This document shows, one piece after another, positions 19,772 through 29,571 of a stretch of 64,000 nt of DNA (position 1 is its first letter; the number at the start of each line of letters is the position of its first letter). The stretch is from an uncultured Chitinophagaceae bacterium (GTDB lineage Bacteria > Bacteroidota > Ignavibacteria > Kapaibacteriales > UBA961): the NCBI GenBank assembly GCA_964527785.1, contig CAZGNO010000001.1:24845-88844 (forward strand), in the 5' to 3' direction. The notes below the pieces were generated by a model, which made no database searches, was not told the DNA's origin, and saw nothing but the letters and a program-made list of their open reading frames with translations. The translations under genes and the position numbers were made by a program.

Positions 19772-20095
19772 ATGAATTTAAGACGAGACGTATTTCAAGC
19801 GATTGCTGACCCGACAAGAAGGGCAATACTTCTGCTAGTAGCGGCACAATCAATGACAGCAGGAGCAATAGCTGCAAATTTTGATACCGCAAGACCGACA
19901 GTATCAAAACACCTGCAAATACTCACAGAGTGTGAATTACTTGAACAAGAACAAAACGGCAGAGAAATTTACTATCATATCAATGCAAAAAAAATGAAAG
20001 AAGTAGCCGATTTTATTGAACCATTCCGCAAAATGTGGGATGACAGGTTCAATACGTTGGAAACTATAATGAAAAATTATAAATCAAATAAATAG
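19772..20095 (+). CDS. ArsR/SmtB-family transcriptional regulator
   Basis: About 107 aa with a winged-HTH signature ([16 protein letters not shown] ... TVSKHLQIL). The track ORF starts at TTG 19760. Confidence 0.8.
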   Translation: MNLRRDVFQAIADPTRRAILLLVAAQSMTAGAIAANFDTARPTVSKHLQILTECELLEQEQNGREIYYHINAKKMKEVADFIEPFRKMWDDRFNTLETIMKNYKSNK

Positions 20096-20101
20096 AATAC
20101 T

Positions 20102-20566
20102 ATGAAACAAAAAACAAAAATCAATGCCGAAGACGGCAAACAGGAATTAGTGATAACAAGAGAATTTGATTTACCGGTGGAGCTACTTTTTAAAGCGTAT
20201 ATAGAACCTGAAATTGTGGAACAATGGATGGGAACGAAAGTACTGAAACTTGAAAATAAAAACCATGGCGGCTGGCAGTTTGAAACAACTGATCCTAAAG
20301 GAAACAAATACAGATTCAATGGGGTAATCCATGAATTTGTTCCGGAACAGAAAATCACACGGACATTTGAAATGGAGAATACGCCTTTAGGTATTCAACT
20401 AGAGTTTTTAGAATTTGAAAAACTTACCGACGACACCAGCAAACTCACTATGCATATTGTATATAGATCAGTCGAACACAGAGATCAAATGCTCCGGCTA
20501 CCATTTGCTCAAGGGATAAATATGGCACATAATAGATTACAAGACATCGTAAATAATTTAAGGTAA
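20102..20566 (+). CDS. SRPBCC / AHSA1 (Aha1-like) domain protein
   Basis: 154 aa. The ArsR + AHSA1-domain gene pairing is common, and the sequence pattern (ITREFDLPVELLFKAY..PE...W) fits. Confidence 0.6.
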   Translation: MKQKTKINAEDGKQELVITREFDLPVELLFKAYIEPEIVEQWMGTKVLKLENKNHGGWQFETTDPKGNKYRFNGVIHEFVPEQKITRTFEMENTPLGIQLEFLEFEKLTDDTSKLTMHIVYRSVEHRDQMLRLPFAQGINMAHNRLQDIVNNLR

Positions 20567-20572
20567 AAAGGT

Positions 20573-20986
20573 ATGACAAAGAGAAATAAAATTATCTACT
20601 GGATTTCAACTCTCTGGTTATCATTAGGGATGGTGTCCACCGGAATAGTACAAGTACTCAGAACACAATCGGAAGGTGCTGTTGCCCCACCCGGTGTATA
20701 TGGTATTAAACTGTTGGGGTATCCTGTCTATTTGCTGACAATACTCGGCGTTTGGAAACTATTGGGGGTAATAGCGGTGCTTATACCTAAATTTCCATTA
20801 CTAAAGGAATGGACGTATGCCGGCTTTTTCTTTATAATGACGGGAGCAATATTTTCTCATATTGCTACGGGTAGTCCTCTTATTGAAATGTTCCCGGCAT
20901 TGTTACTTCTAATCCTGACAGTCGTGTCATGGTATTTCAGACCAGCAGATAGAAAAATCAATCCGGTAAATTCAGCAAATAAATAG
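20573..20986 (+). CDS. DoxX-like small membrane protein
   Basis: 137 aa with four predicted TM helices, in the typical third position of ArsR-SRPBCC-DoxX clusters. Confidence 0.55.
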   Translation: MTKRNKIIYWISTLWLSLGMVSTGIVQVLRTQSEGAVAPPGVYGIKLLGYPVYLLTILGVWKLLGVIAVLIPKFPLLKEWTYAGFFFIMTGAIFSHIATGSPLIEMFPALLLLILTVVSWYFRPADRKINPVNSANK

Positions 20987-21156
20987 AATGAATCAATGTG
21001 ATATAAGTCAAGCCATTTGTTGTTATAACCGTCGTTCAATATGGACTATGAGAAGGAAGATAGAATGTTACAACCAATATTACCTAAATCAGTTTTTGAA
21101 ATAAATTCCTGCAATTATCCGCTAACATATTTATTCAATTTTTACTATAAAAAGTT

Positions 21157-21732
21157 ATGAGTAATATTAACATCAATAGAAAGAAATTATCACAGGAACA
21201 ACGTGAAGAATTTCTCAAAACGTTAAAAGTCCGTTTTGAGAAAAACATGAGCAGACATAAAGGTCTTGAATGGGACAAAATAATGACAAAGTTGGAAGCT
21301 AATGATGCTAAACTGTGGTCTCTGAATAAGATGGAAGAAACTGGCGGTGAACCGGATGTAGTCGGTTATGATAATAAGACAGGTGAATATATTATTTATG
21401 ATTGCTCGGCAGAAAGCCCTAAGGGTCGCAGAAGTCTATGTTACGACAATGAAGCATTAGAATCAAGGAAAGAACATAAACCGGAAAACAGTGCCATTAA
21501 TATGGCAGACGATATGGGCATCGAGCTTTTAACAGAAGAGCAATACCGAGAGTTGCAGAAACTTGGAAATTTCGATACAAAAACATCTAGCTGGGTGAAA
21601 ACACCTGCCGGCATTCGAAAACTTAGCGGTGCGGTATTTTGTGATCGCCGCTATAACACTGTATTCCTGTACCACAACGGTGCAGAATCTTACTATGCAG
21701 CCAGAGGATTCCGAGGTTCGCTAAAGGTATAA
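21157..21732 (+). CDS. DUF4256-like protein
   Basis: 191 aa. The sequence (GGEPDVVG ... YDCSAESPKGRRSLCYD ... YHNGAESYYAARGFRGSLKV) matches my recollection of the DUF4256 family. Confidence 0.5.
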   Translation: MSNININRKKLSQEQREEFLKTLKVRFEKNMSRHKGLEWDKIMTKLEANDAKLWSLNKMEETGGEPDVVGYDNKTGEYIIYDCSAESPKGRRSLCYDNEALESRKEHKPENSAINMADDMGIELLTEEQYRELQKLGNFDTKTSSWVKTPAGIRKLSGAVFCDRRYNTVFLYHNGAESYYAARGFRGSLKV

Positions 21733-21828
21733 ATTTTGTAGAGACAGCATGATTTAAGAGAATGAGCCATAGCAAAGTGATTTAAGTGATATTCTCTTCA
21801 AATCGGTGAGAATTCCTCTTCTGCCTTT

Positions 21829-21869
21829 AAAAACAAAAACCCGCTTCAATGAAGCGGGTTACTTGTTTT
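21829..21869. terminator. bidirectional terminator hairpin CCCGCTTCAATGAAGCGGG (copy A)
   Basis: 8-bp GC-rich stem with an A-rich tract upstream and a T-rich tract downstream. It lies 24 nt downstream of the minus-strand stop at 21893. Confidence 0.7.
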
Positions 21870-21892
21870 GGCTAATTTGCTATCGCTTGATA

Positions 21893-23380
21893 CTATTCTT
21901 TTATCACCTTGAATGATATAATTTTATTATTTTGATGAGCAGTAATACCATAGATCCCTGCCGGCACAATAGATAAATCGAATCTCAACTCCTCTTGACT
22001 ATAGAAATTATTATAAAGCACTCTAACGGGGCTTCCCGTAATATCAATTAAATCAATCTTTAATTGACTCGATTGAAAATCGGAGTTCTTCAAAGTAATT
22101 ATTCCTGTGGATGGGTTAGGATACACGGTGTTTTCTTGGCTTTGAACAGTTTCTTCTTTTACGGGGGTGATGCGCGCTATGTCAATAACAATTACTTCAC
22201 CCTTTATATTCCACGCTAAGATTGATTTGTCATTATTAGTTACGGTGAATGATGTAATAGATATTGGAGGAATAATTGAATCAATTTGATCAGAGGTACG
22301 AATATCATTGAAGTAGAATGCTGACCCTTGGTACAGTACCAAAACATCATTTGCTGAGTACGTATCAGTAATAAGTTTGCCCTTGGAGTAAGGAATCGGA
22401 ATACTAACATTAGAAAGAATAGAATCTAAAGATAAATCGTAATAGTAAAATTGACCTCCTACGTTAAATAAAATACAATTATTCAAACAAGTAGGAATTA
22501 TACCTCCAACATACCCTGAAGCACCAGAATAACCCTTAGCTGGAGTAAAACTATTGTAATATGTGACCAACCCTGACTTGATATGATTATGTAAGTTAAA
22601 CCTCACTAATCCATTATTATTCCAGCTATAAGAAGTCATTTTTTGCTGAGAATCAGGTAAATAATAGAAAGATGTATAAAATGAAGAAGTTGAATATAAT
22701 AACAAACTGTCGTTGTAGTTAAGAAAATCTATTACATCCACACCGCCAAGTGGATTTACACCGGAAATTTCCCTTTTTACTATAAGTGAATTCTGTAATA
22801 TTCCTAAAACAGTAAAGTGACCGCAAGTATATTGCGCTATTATGTTGGGCGCACCACCATATCCGTAGCTATTTCCAGACGATCGAACGTATAGTTCATT
22901 TCTGTCTGATACATAATCGTAGGATGATTTATAATCCTCTAAATTATTGGATGAAAAATGTCTGCGAAAATCAACATCATCATTACAAAGTATTTTTTTG
23001 GAATGTAAATCATAGATTTGAATTTTTTGTATTGAAATTCGGGACAGGTTGGGGTTGTATGAGGCTATGCCATAGTCAATAATCACAGCTGTTTTACCAT
23101 CCTTAGAGAACTGAAACTCATCGGGTTTTAAGTTGAATTTTATGGAGTCCAACAGAACCCCACTTTGAAAGTCCCAAACTCGCAGCATGGCATCGCTATG
23201 ATAAGTGTAAATAGTATTTTTATCCGAGGACATTTGTACGTTTACCAAATTGCTAAGAACAAGTTTTTGGTATTTGTATCCCTGTCTCTGCTCCCACCCT
23301 GATTCCGATGAAAGTAACTCTAAACTCGATAAAAAGACTACGATGGCAACCGTTAATGAGTGAAAAATGCTGTATTTCAT
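21893..23380 (-). CDS. secreted beta-propeller-like protein with T9SS C-terminal sorting domain
   Basis: 495 aa with a signal peptide and a WD-like stretch (LRVWDF). The C-terminal ~80 aa (VYPNPSTGIITLK ... GIYGITA ... FKVIKE) is typical of the Por secretion CTD. Confidence 0.65.
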   Translation of the reverse strand: MKYSIFHSLTVAIVVFLSSLELLSSESGWEQRQGYKYQKLVLSNLVNVQMSSDKNTIYTYHSDAMLRVWDFQSGVLLDSIKFNLKPDEFQFSKDGKTAVIIDYGIASYNPNLSRISIQKIQIYDLHSKKILCNDDVDFRRHFSSNNLEDYKSSYDYVSDRNELYVRSSGNSYGYGGAPNIIAQYTCGHFTVLGILQNSLIVKREISGVNPLGGVDVIDFLNYNDSLLLYSTSSFYTSFYYLPDSQQKMTSYSWNNNGLVRFNLHNHIKSGLVTYYNSFTPAKGYSGASGYVGGIIPTCLNNCILFNVGGQFYYYDLSLDSILSNVSIPIPYSKGKLITDTYSANDVLVLYQGSAFYFNDIRTSDQIDSIIPPISITSFTVTNNDKSILAWNIKGEVIVIDIARITPVKEETVQSQENTVYPNPSTGIITLKNSDFQSSQLKIDLIDITGSPVRVLYNNFYSQEELRFDLSIVPAGIYGITAHQNNKIISFKVIKE

Positions 23381-23471
23381 ATATACCTCCGTTATTACAG
23401 GTAATGTAATTTTCTCTAAACTACAAAATATTCCAACTCTATCATAATTATTTATTTAGGGTATGTTTTTC

Positions 23472-23510
23472 AAAACAAAAGCCCGCTTCAATGAAGCGGG
23501 CTTTTGTTTT
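23472..23510. terminator. bidirectional terminator hairpin with the same core CCCGCTTCAATGAAGCGGG (copy B)
   Basis: Stem AGCCCGCTTC / GAAGCGGGCT with A-rich and T-rich flanks, 30 nt downstream of the maeB stop. Confidence 0.7.
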
Positions 23511-23539
23511 CTGTACTATAATAGTTTATAGAATTGTGA

Positions 23540-25843
23540 CTACATAACCGCCGATTCCACCCTCTCCTTCTCAAACGCCTCATCGGCACATATAGCCGCC
23601 ATACTGACAATATCCTGCACATCTGCATCACGCTCCAAAATATGAATCGGCTTATTCATACCAATCAAAATCGGTCCGACTGCCTCTGCTTCACCCAAAC
23701 GAATGAGTAATTTATAGGCGATATTAGCAGCATTCAAATCAGGAAAGATAAGAACATTAGCATCACCTTGAATTGAATTGAAGGGAAACTGCTCACGAGC
23801 TTTATCAGCCCATACTGCCGTATCAGCTTGCATTTCACCGTCAATAATCAAATTCGGACGTTTCGCTTTTACAATTTCCATTGCCTTACGCATCTTTAGC
23901 ACACTTGGGTCGTGCGACATTCCGAAATCACTGAATGACAGCATCGCAACACGTGGTGTTATCTTGAATCTCTCTGCTGCTTCGGCAGTAATCATCGCAA
24001 TATCGGCTAGCTGTTCGGCGGTTGGGTTCGGTGTGACTGTGGTATCAGCAAAAAAGAGCGTATCACCGCGCTTGGTGATTACCACGTACATTCCCGCAAC
24101 TCTTGAAAAACGTTTATCCGTCCCGATAATCTCTAGGGCGGGGCGAATTGTCTCGTCATAACGAAGGTTCAAGCCGGAAAGCAAGCCGTCAGCATCTCCT
24201 GATTCCACCATCAACGCACCGAAATAATTACGGCGCATCACAAGTTTCCGAGCTTCACCGAGAGTCATTCCGCGTCGTTGGCGTTTACTAGTGAGGATAT
24301 GAGCATATTCCTCACTTTTATCCGAGTAATAAATATCAATTGTTTCAAATTTTGAAAGGTCAATGCCAATTGAATCCGCAATACTCTTCATTCGTGCCTG
24401 CCCTCCAAGAAGAATTGGATTTGCAATGCCATCCTCTAAAATAATTTCTGCTGCGCGGAGTGCCTTCGGTTCTTCCCCTTCGGTCAATATAATTCTTTTC
24501 TTTACAGCCCTTCTTTGAACGGCAGTCGTAATATTTACTTTGAAACGTTTTGCATTCCCTTGTTGTGATTGTAAATGTGTTTTATATTCCTCGATATTAA
24601 AATCAAGTTTTCTTGCAACACCGGATTCAATGGCTGCTTTGGCAACTGCCGGAGGAACAGTCAGCAGAACACGTGGGTCTAATGCCTTGGGGATAATGTA
24701 TCCTCTGCCGAAATTAGTTTCCTCACCGCCGTAGGCACGGGCAACCGATTCCGGCACTTCTTGCTTGGCGAGTGATGCCAGGGCATAAGCGGCTGCAAGT
24801 TTCATTTCATCATTGATTGCTTTCGCCCTTACGTCGAGTGCACCTCTAAAAATATACGGGAAGCCCAATACATTGTTCACCTGATTAGGGTAATCACTTC
24901 TCCCTGTCGCTACTATAATATCGTTACGAACCCCAATTGCATCTGGGTAGTCTATTTCCGGATCAGGATTTGCAAGGGCAAATACTATCGGATTCGGAGG
25001 CATGGAAGCAACCATTTCTTTTGTAACAAGCCCACCTGCGCTTAACCCAAGAAAAACATCAGCCCTGTGCATCATATCGGCAAGTGTAGCCGGAGCATCT
25101 CCGTTTGCAAAAAACAATTTCTGCTCGGACATATCCTCTGTGCGACCTTTATAAACCAGTCCTTTTCTATCGCAGAGGAACATATTTTCACGTCTTACAC
25201 CGAGTTTTATATAAAACAAACTACAGGCAATAGCAGAAGCACCCGCACCGCTGACGACCACAGTAATTTCATCAAGTTTTTTACCTTGTACTTCGCACGC
25301 ATTCAATAGTGCAGCGCCGCTGATGATGGCTGTTCCATGTTGGTCATCATGAAACACCGGAATTTGCATCCTGCGTTGCAATTCTTCTTCAATATAAAAA
25401 CATTCAGGTGCTTTAATATCTTCAAGGTTAATACCGCCGAAGGTTGGCTCAAGGTTTGCCACGGCATTAATAAATTCTTCGGGGTCTAGTGTTTTCACTT
25501 CAATGTCAAAAACATCTATATCTGCAAATTTCTTAAATAAAACCCCTTTTCCTTCCATGACGGGTTTGCTTGCCGAGGCACCGATATTCCCTAAGCCCAA
25601 AACAGCAGTCCCGTTGGAAATAACTCCGACCAGATTCCCTTTGGCAGTGTATTCATAGACTAATTCTTCATTCTCTGCAATATCCCTGCACGGTTCGGCT
25701 ACACCGGGTGAATAGGCGAGCGACAGTTCGTATTGAGTGTCGCAGGGTTTGGACGGGATAACTTCAATCTTCCCTTTCCGTCCGGAAGAGTGGTATTTGA
25801 GTGCTTCCTCACGATTGATTTTCTTTTTGTACATTTCGGACAT
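23540..25843 (-). CDS. maeB: NADP-dependent malic enzyme, MaeB type (malic enzyme + phosphotransacetylase-like domain)
   Basis: 767 aa with an N-terminal malic-enzyme and NAD(P)-binding region ([11 protein letters not shown]) and a C-terminal PTA-like domain of about 330 aa. Confidence 0.9.
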   Translation of the reverse strand: MSEMYKKKINREEALKYHSSGRKGKIEVIPSKPCDTQYELSLAYSPGVAEPCRDIAENEELVYEYTAKGNLVGVISNGTAVLGLGNIGASASKPVMEGKGVLFKKFADIDVFDIEVKTLDPEEFINAVANLEPTFGGINLEDIKAPECFYIEEELQRRMQIPVFHDDQHGTAIISGAALLNACEVQGKKLDEITVVVSGAGASAIACSLFYIKLGVRRENMFLCDRKGLVYKGRTEDMSEQKLFFANGDAPATLADMMHRADVFLGLSAGGLVTKEMVASMPPNPIVFALANPDPEIDYPDAIGVRNDIIVATGRSDYPNQVNNVLGFPYIFRGALDVRAKAINDEMKLAAAYALASLAKQEVPESVARAYGGEETNFGRGYIIPKALDPRVLLTVPPAVAKAAIESGVARKLDFNIEEYKTHLQSQQGNAKRFKVNITTAVQRRAVKKRIILTEGEEPKALRAAEIILEDGIANPILLGGQARMKSIADSIGIDLSKFETIDIYYSDKSEEYAHILTSKRQRRGMTLGEARKLVMRRNYFGALMVESGDADGLLSGLNLRYDETIRPALEIIGTDKRFSRVAGMYVVITKRGDTLFFADTTVTPNPTAEQLADIAMITAEAAERFKITPRVAMLSFSDFGMSHDPSVLKMRKAMEIVKAKRPNLIIDGEMQADTAVWADKAREQFPFNSIQGDANVLIFPDLNAANIAYKLLIRLGEAEAVGPILIGMNKPIHILERDADVQDIVSMAAICADEAFEKERVESAVM

Positions 25844-26161
25844 ACGACTTTCCTAACATAAGAAGGTTCAAAAAATTCGATTCACACCTTGTTTTCTATC
25901 ACAAAATTAAGACAATTTGAATGATGATTACCGTACATCAGTGTTTAATTCACAAAAGTCCTCAGGAGCATCAAAGAAATTGTTCTGGAAATATAGGTTG
26001 AGTACTTATAATATGAGTGTAAATCCTCGTGATTTTGAAGTAAAGTAGATAGATTAAGAAGGTTCGATTAGCTACTGAAAATTAACTTTGGTAGGAAGTG
26101 AGAATTATGTAACTTTAGTACACAACTGGCGTAGATTACGTATTCGTTTTTTTCATTATAA

Positions 26162-26551
26162 ATGGTAACAACTATGGCAACATATCCATATCCTGTAGAA
26201 GAAGGTCGTCGAGATATAGTACTCAGTATTGTCCTCACAATATTTACATGCGGTATATATGGGCTGTATTGGGAGTACAAGCAAATGGAGGCAATCAATG
26301 CTTGGCTCAGACGTGAAGAATATAGTTTTTGGATGGTATTCTTCCTTTCGTTAGTCACCTGTGGCATCTACTATGTGTATATAATCTACAAAATGTCGGT
26401 GTCTATAAACGATATTCAGAAAGTGAATAATTTTAATGTAAATACAAACCTGCCGTTGATTTGTGTTCTGCTGTCAATTTTCGGCTTGAGTATAGTTGCC
26501 AGTGCAATTCAGCAGAGTGAGATGAATGATTGGTATGTGGGGGTAAATTAA
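26162..26551 (+). CDS. DUF4234-like small membrane protein
   Basis: 129 aa with 3-4 TM helices and a duplicated CGIY(G/Y) motif (TCGIYGLYWEYK and TCGIYYVYIIYK). Confidence 0.55.
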   Translation: MVTTMATYPYPVEEGRRDIVLSIVLTIFTCGIYGLYWEYKQMEAINAWLRREEYSFWMVFFLSLVTCGIYYVYIIYKMSVSINDIQKVNNFNVNTNLPLICVLLSIFGLSIVASAIQQSEMNDWYVGVN

Positions 26552-26585
26552 CATTTTCAAAAAAATGAAACGGCGTTACATAAAA

Positions 26586-26622
26586 TAAAAAAAGGTAGGT
26601 GTTCAAGACCTACCTTTTTTTA
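26586..26622. terminator. bidirectional terminator between convergent genes
   Basis: Stem AGGTAGGT / ACCTACCT with a 7-nt loop, flanked by A7 and T7. Confidence 0.75.
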
Positions 26623-26639
26623 TTTCTAAAATACTCTGT

Positions 26640-27035
26640 TTATTTATTTTCGTTCAAATCATATTCTTTTTGGGCATATTCGAATGCTTCAAGACCAATG
26701 TTTTCAATGAGAGGATTGTTGCTTCTGGAAAATTGATACGGATATCCCCAATAGATGAGTTTATCATTTTCGAAAGCATAATAATAGACTTCCATAAAAA
26801 CAGCTCCATTTATTCTTGTCATATAAACTTCGTACTTATTTTTATTTTTTGCACTTAGTTTAGGAAGAGATACATTCTTGTCATAATCTACATTCTCTTT
26901 CATAAATGCTTGTAATGTAGTACCTTTCGCAAGCCGTAAATTACTTTCGGTAACAAAGGTTTCACAAGAAACTAATCCAATAAACGAAAGTACAACAATA
27001 CCTGTTTTTATAAATTTACCGTACATATTCTTCAC
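26640..27035 (-). CDS. hypothetical lipoprotein, tandem paralog 1 (KLxxWG family)
   Basis: 131 aa with a lipobox (FIGLVSC) and the C-terminal motif FENDKLIYWGYPYQF shared with the two upstream genes. Confidence 0.6.
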   Translation of the reverse strand: MKNMYGKFIKTGIVVLSFIGLVSCETFVTESNLRLAKGTTLQAFMKENVDYDKNVSLPKLSAKNKNKYEVYMTRINGAVFMEVYYYAFENDKLIYWGYPYQFSRSNNPLIENIGLEAFEYAQKEYDLNENK

Positions 27036-27468
27036 CTTTCAATCGTAAATAGTTTTTGTATCCATCTTCCATAGCCAAGCCAAACTGACCTCCTTTATTG
27101 GAAGGGTCATTCTTAAATTCATATAAATAGCCCCAATTAAAGAGTTTGTTGTCTTTAGAAATGACAAAATACGGGTCTCTGAAAAAGGTGATTTTCTCTG
27201 TTCTACCAGAGAATTTTTGTTCTTGAGGAGAGGTGTATTCTCTATGAAAATAATTCGTAATCGGTAATACATGACATTTATACATTTGATTATCGAATTC
27301 AAATTGAAAAAGCGGAATGTCATCTGAGTCTGCCCCTGCCTCCTTAGAGAAATCCATCCCCTTCTTAAACCGTGCAAAATCATTTGCTCCAGCAAAACGA
27401 CTACCGCATGAGGTTATAAAAATTGTTGTGACTACCAGAAATAGACTAATGCATAATTTATTTTTCAT
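27016..27468 (-). CDS. hypothetical lipoprotein, tandem paralog 2 (KLxxWG family)
   Basis: 150 aa with a lipobox (IFITSC) and the motif SKDNKLFNWGYLYEF. Its 3' end overlaps the start of paralog 1 by 20 nt. Confidence 0.6.
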   Translation of the reverse strand: MKNKLCISLFLVVTTIFITSCGSRFAGANDFARFKKGMDFSKEAGADSDDIPLFQFEFDNQMYKCHVLPITNYFHREYTSPQEQKFSGRTEKITFFRDPYFVISKDNKLFNWGYLYEFKNDPSNKGGQFGLAMEDGYKNYLRLKGEEYVR

Positions 27469-27477
27469 AAAATTCCC

Positions 27478-27939
27478 TTATTGTTTAATCCAAGTTTCAG
27501 AAATTAAGACACCTAATCCGTTAGCGACATCATCATCCGTTCTTTTGAAGTCATCCAAATTACCCCAATAGTAAAGTTTTTCATTTTTAAAAGCCAAAGC
27601 AAATAAATCGTATTTATCGGAATACAAAAAGTTAAATCCAAGTGCATAAGTTTGAATCCAACGTTTGTATATAAGTACCTTAAATTTATCTTTACTTCCT
27701 TGCAGTGTCAATTCTTTTTCAAAAACTGGGTCTCTGTCCAAGTATGCAACTACTGATTTGTAGTCTTCGTTCTTGTTAAGTTTACCTGCTGTATTATATC
27801 CTATTATCGGGGTTGTACAAGACCCCAGTAAAAATAACAAAAAGGTTCCTGCCAGTAAACAGCTATAATGTTTCTTCAAAGTGCTACCTCTTATTGATTG
27901 AAAATAAATTGTTTCCGTCATTGAAAGCAAATATAACAC
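27478..27939 (-). CDS. hypothetical lipoprotein, tandem paralog 3 (KLxxWG family)
   Basis: Lipobox (LFLLGSC) and the motif FKNEKLYYWGNLDDF. The real start may be the internal TTG at 27879 (…KKHYSCLLAG…). Confidence 0.55.
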   Translation of the reverse strand: MLYLLSMTETIYFQSIRGSTLKKHYSCLLAGTFLLFLLGSCTTPIIGYNTAGKLNKNEDYKSVVAYLDRDPVFEKELTLQGSKDKFKVLIYKRWIQTYALGFNFLYSDKYDLFALAFKNEKLYYWGNLDDFKRTDDDVANGLGVLISETWIKQ

Positions 27940-28029
27940 AGCTATTCTTAATAAAAAAATTACTCTTTTCTCTAAGAGAAAAAAAATCTTTATATTGAAT
28001 AAATTTTTAATAACAATCTTCTTTTTTTT

Positions 28030-29016
28030 ATGAGAATCTTCCTGACGCTTTTCATGCTTTTTGCTTTATCCACTAATCAATTTTTAGCTGAAACAACTTC
28101 TACTGCTGCTGACACTACTGATAATAAAACATACCAACGAACCACTTTTGTAGAAGTACAAGAAGTAAAACCGGGTGATCAGTCACAATGGAAAAATACG
28201 GAAAGTTATCTCAAGAGAACTGTTATAGGTCTCGATTATGTAAAAAGAAGTGGGAACTTAGAATCCTCACTTTTTAGTTTTTATGACGGTACTCCCTTGC
28301 CTAAGGAAACTGTTAACGGTTTCGAAATAAGTGCGGAAGGATTATTCTCATATAAATTTGCCGATAGCACAAAAGCACATAACCTGATGTATTTTGATAA
28401 TTATAAAATCGGTTATAAGCTGGCATACCACAATTATATCTATCCGGATTCATCTGTGTCGTTGTTTGAACCTGTTTCAGCAAAATTTATAGATATGGGA
28501 CTTAATGCAGATTATTCACGAGGATATGGATGGACGTTTGAGGACAAATCAAGCATAAGTGTCTATAAGACACTTGGATTGACTATCGGCATACTGGCAA
28601 TAGCTGATGCAGGGCAAGACGAACCGGTCGCTCCTTTTGGAGATTATAATGAAACCGGCTTTCGTTACCAGATCAATAAAACAGTTGGTGTTGTTACAGG
28701 TATTAGAGAACACCAATCCTATAACGGTCTAAGTTTCGATAAATGGGCATTAAGCAAAATAGTTGAGGTTTCCGGAAATGCTGTGTTGGACAAACTTCTC
28801 ACAGCACATTTTGTCAACAAAAAAGATCAGTGGACTCCTATTTATCAACTTGTCTATCAATCAGTTTGGAGTTATGTGTTCAATATGTTGCGTCACAAAA
28901 ATACTTATTTCCCTTTTGCTAATACGACCGGTGAATCAATGGTACAAGATACTAGATTTTTCATAGGGTTGAAAATTTCATTTTCTAACTATTTTAACTC
29001 GTATGGTGGTTATTAA
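28030..29016 (+). CDS. hypothetical secreted protein
   Basis: 328 aa with a signal peptide (MRIFLTLFMLFALSTNQFLA), aromatic-rich composition and no motif I recognise. Confidence 0.45.
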   Translation: MRIFLTLFMLFALSTNQFLAETTSTAADTTDNKTYQRTTFVEVQEVKPGDQSQWKNTESYLKRTVIGLDYVKRSGNLESSLFSFYDGTPLPKETVNGFEISAEGLFSYKFADSTKAHNLMYFDNYKIGYKLAYHNYIYPDSSVSLFEPVSAKFIDMGLNADYSRGYGWTFEDKSSISVYKTLGLTIGILAIADAGQDEPVAPFGDYNETGFRYQINKTVGVVTGIREHQSYNGLSFDKWALSKIVEVSGNAVLDKLLTAHFVNKKDQWTPIYQLVYQSVWSYVFNMLRHKNTYFPFANTTGESMVQDTRFFIGLKISFSNYFNSYGGY

Positions 29017-29077
29017 TCCTGCTTTGTTCATATTGGAAGTTGATAGCGGTTGAGGGGCTGTTCTAAACTAGAATATC

Positions 29078-29123
29078 AAAAAACAATGGCAAGAATTTAT
29101 ATGAATTCTTGCCATTGTTTTTT
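29078..29123. terminator. long perfect hairpin terminator (20-bp arms)
   Basis: AAAAAACAATGGCAAGAATT - TATATG - AATTCTTGCCATTGTTTTTT, 62 nt after the stop at 29016. Confidence 0.8.
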
Positions 29124-29571
29124 ATCCATTGATAAAAATAAATGTTTCAATGTAATTCAACCTCGTTTTACAAACAATACTTATATCCGGTCATCAGCTA
29201 TACATAGGTTTTTTAAGTAAATTTCTTTTTACCTAGTAAATGAAAAGGATATTTCATTAAACAAGGGGGGCAGAATAAATTGAAATTTGAATAATACTAA
29301 ATATAGAGAATGAGTCAAACATTTTGATGGGCTCAGCGTTAAGTAACTTGTTGTTAGAACTAAGCTTGCCGTCAGTAAAAAATACTTGCCAATTTCAACC
29401 TAACACTTTTTAAACCCATTCTTCAATAAATTATGCATACTGCTTAACTGAAAAAGATGAACATTTGAACAAAAATAAAAATATCCGTAAAAAAGTTCAG
29501 ATTGAGTCGTAGAAACTATAAATTTAAGGGTATCTTAGTTTATAGAATGCAGTATTCTAGTAATAAAAGTA

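Noticed and set aside
19458-23520. Possible genomic island integrated at tRNA-Asp (ArsR, SRPBCC, DoxX-like, DUF4256, T9SS cargo)
   Set aside because: There is no integrase, recombinase or mobility gene. I could not find a direct repeat of the tRNA-Asp 3' end downstream. ArsR-SRPBCC-DoxX clusters are common chromosomal modules. I kept only the repeated-terminator observation.
29054-29075. GGGGCTG… considered as a tmRNA 5' end
   Set aside because: The downstream sequence does not match the tmRNA acceptor or tRNA-like domain, and there is no matching 3' end. It sits immediately before a plain hairpin terminator.
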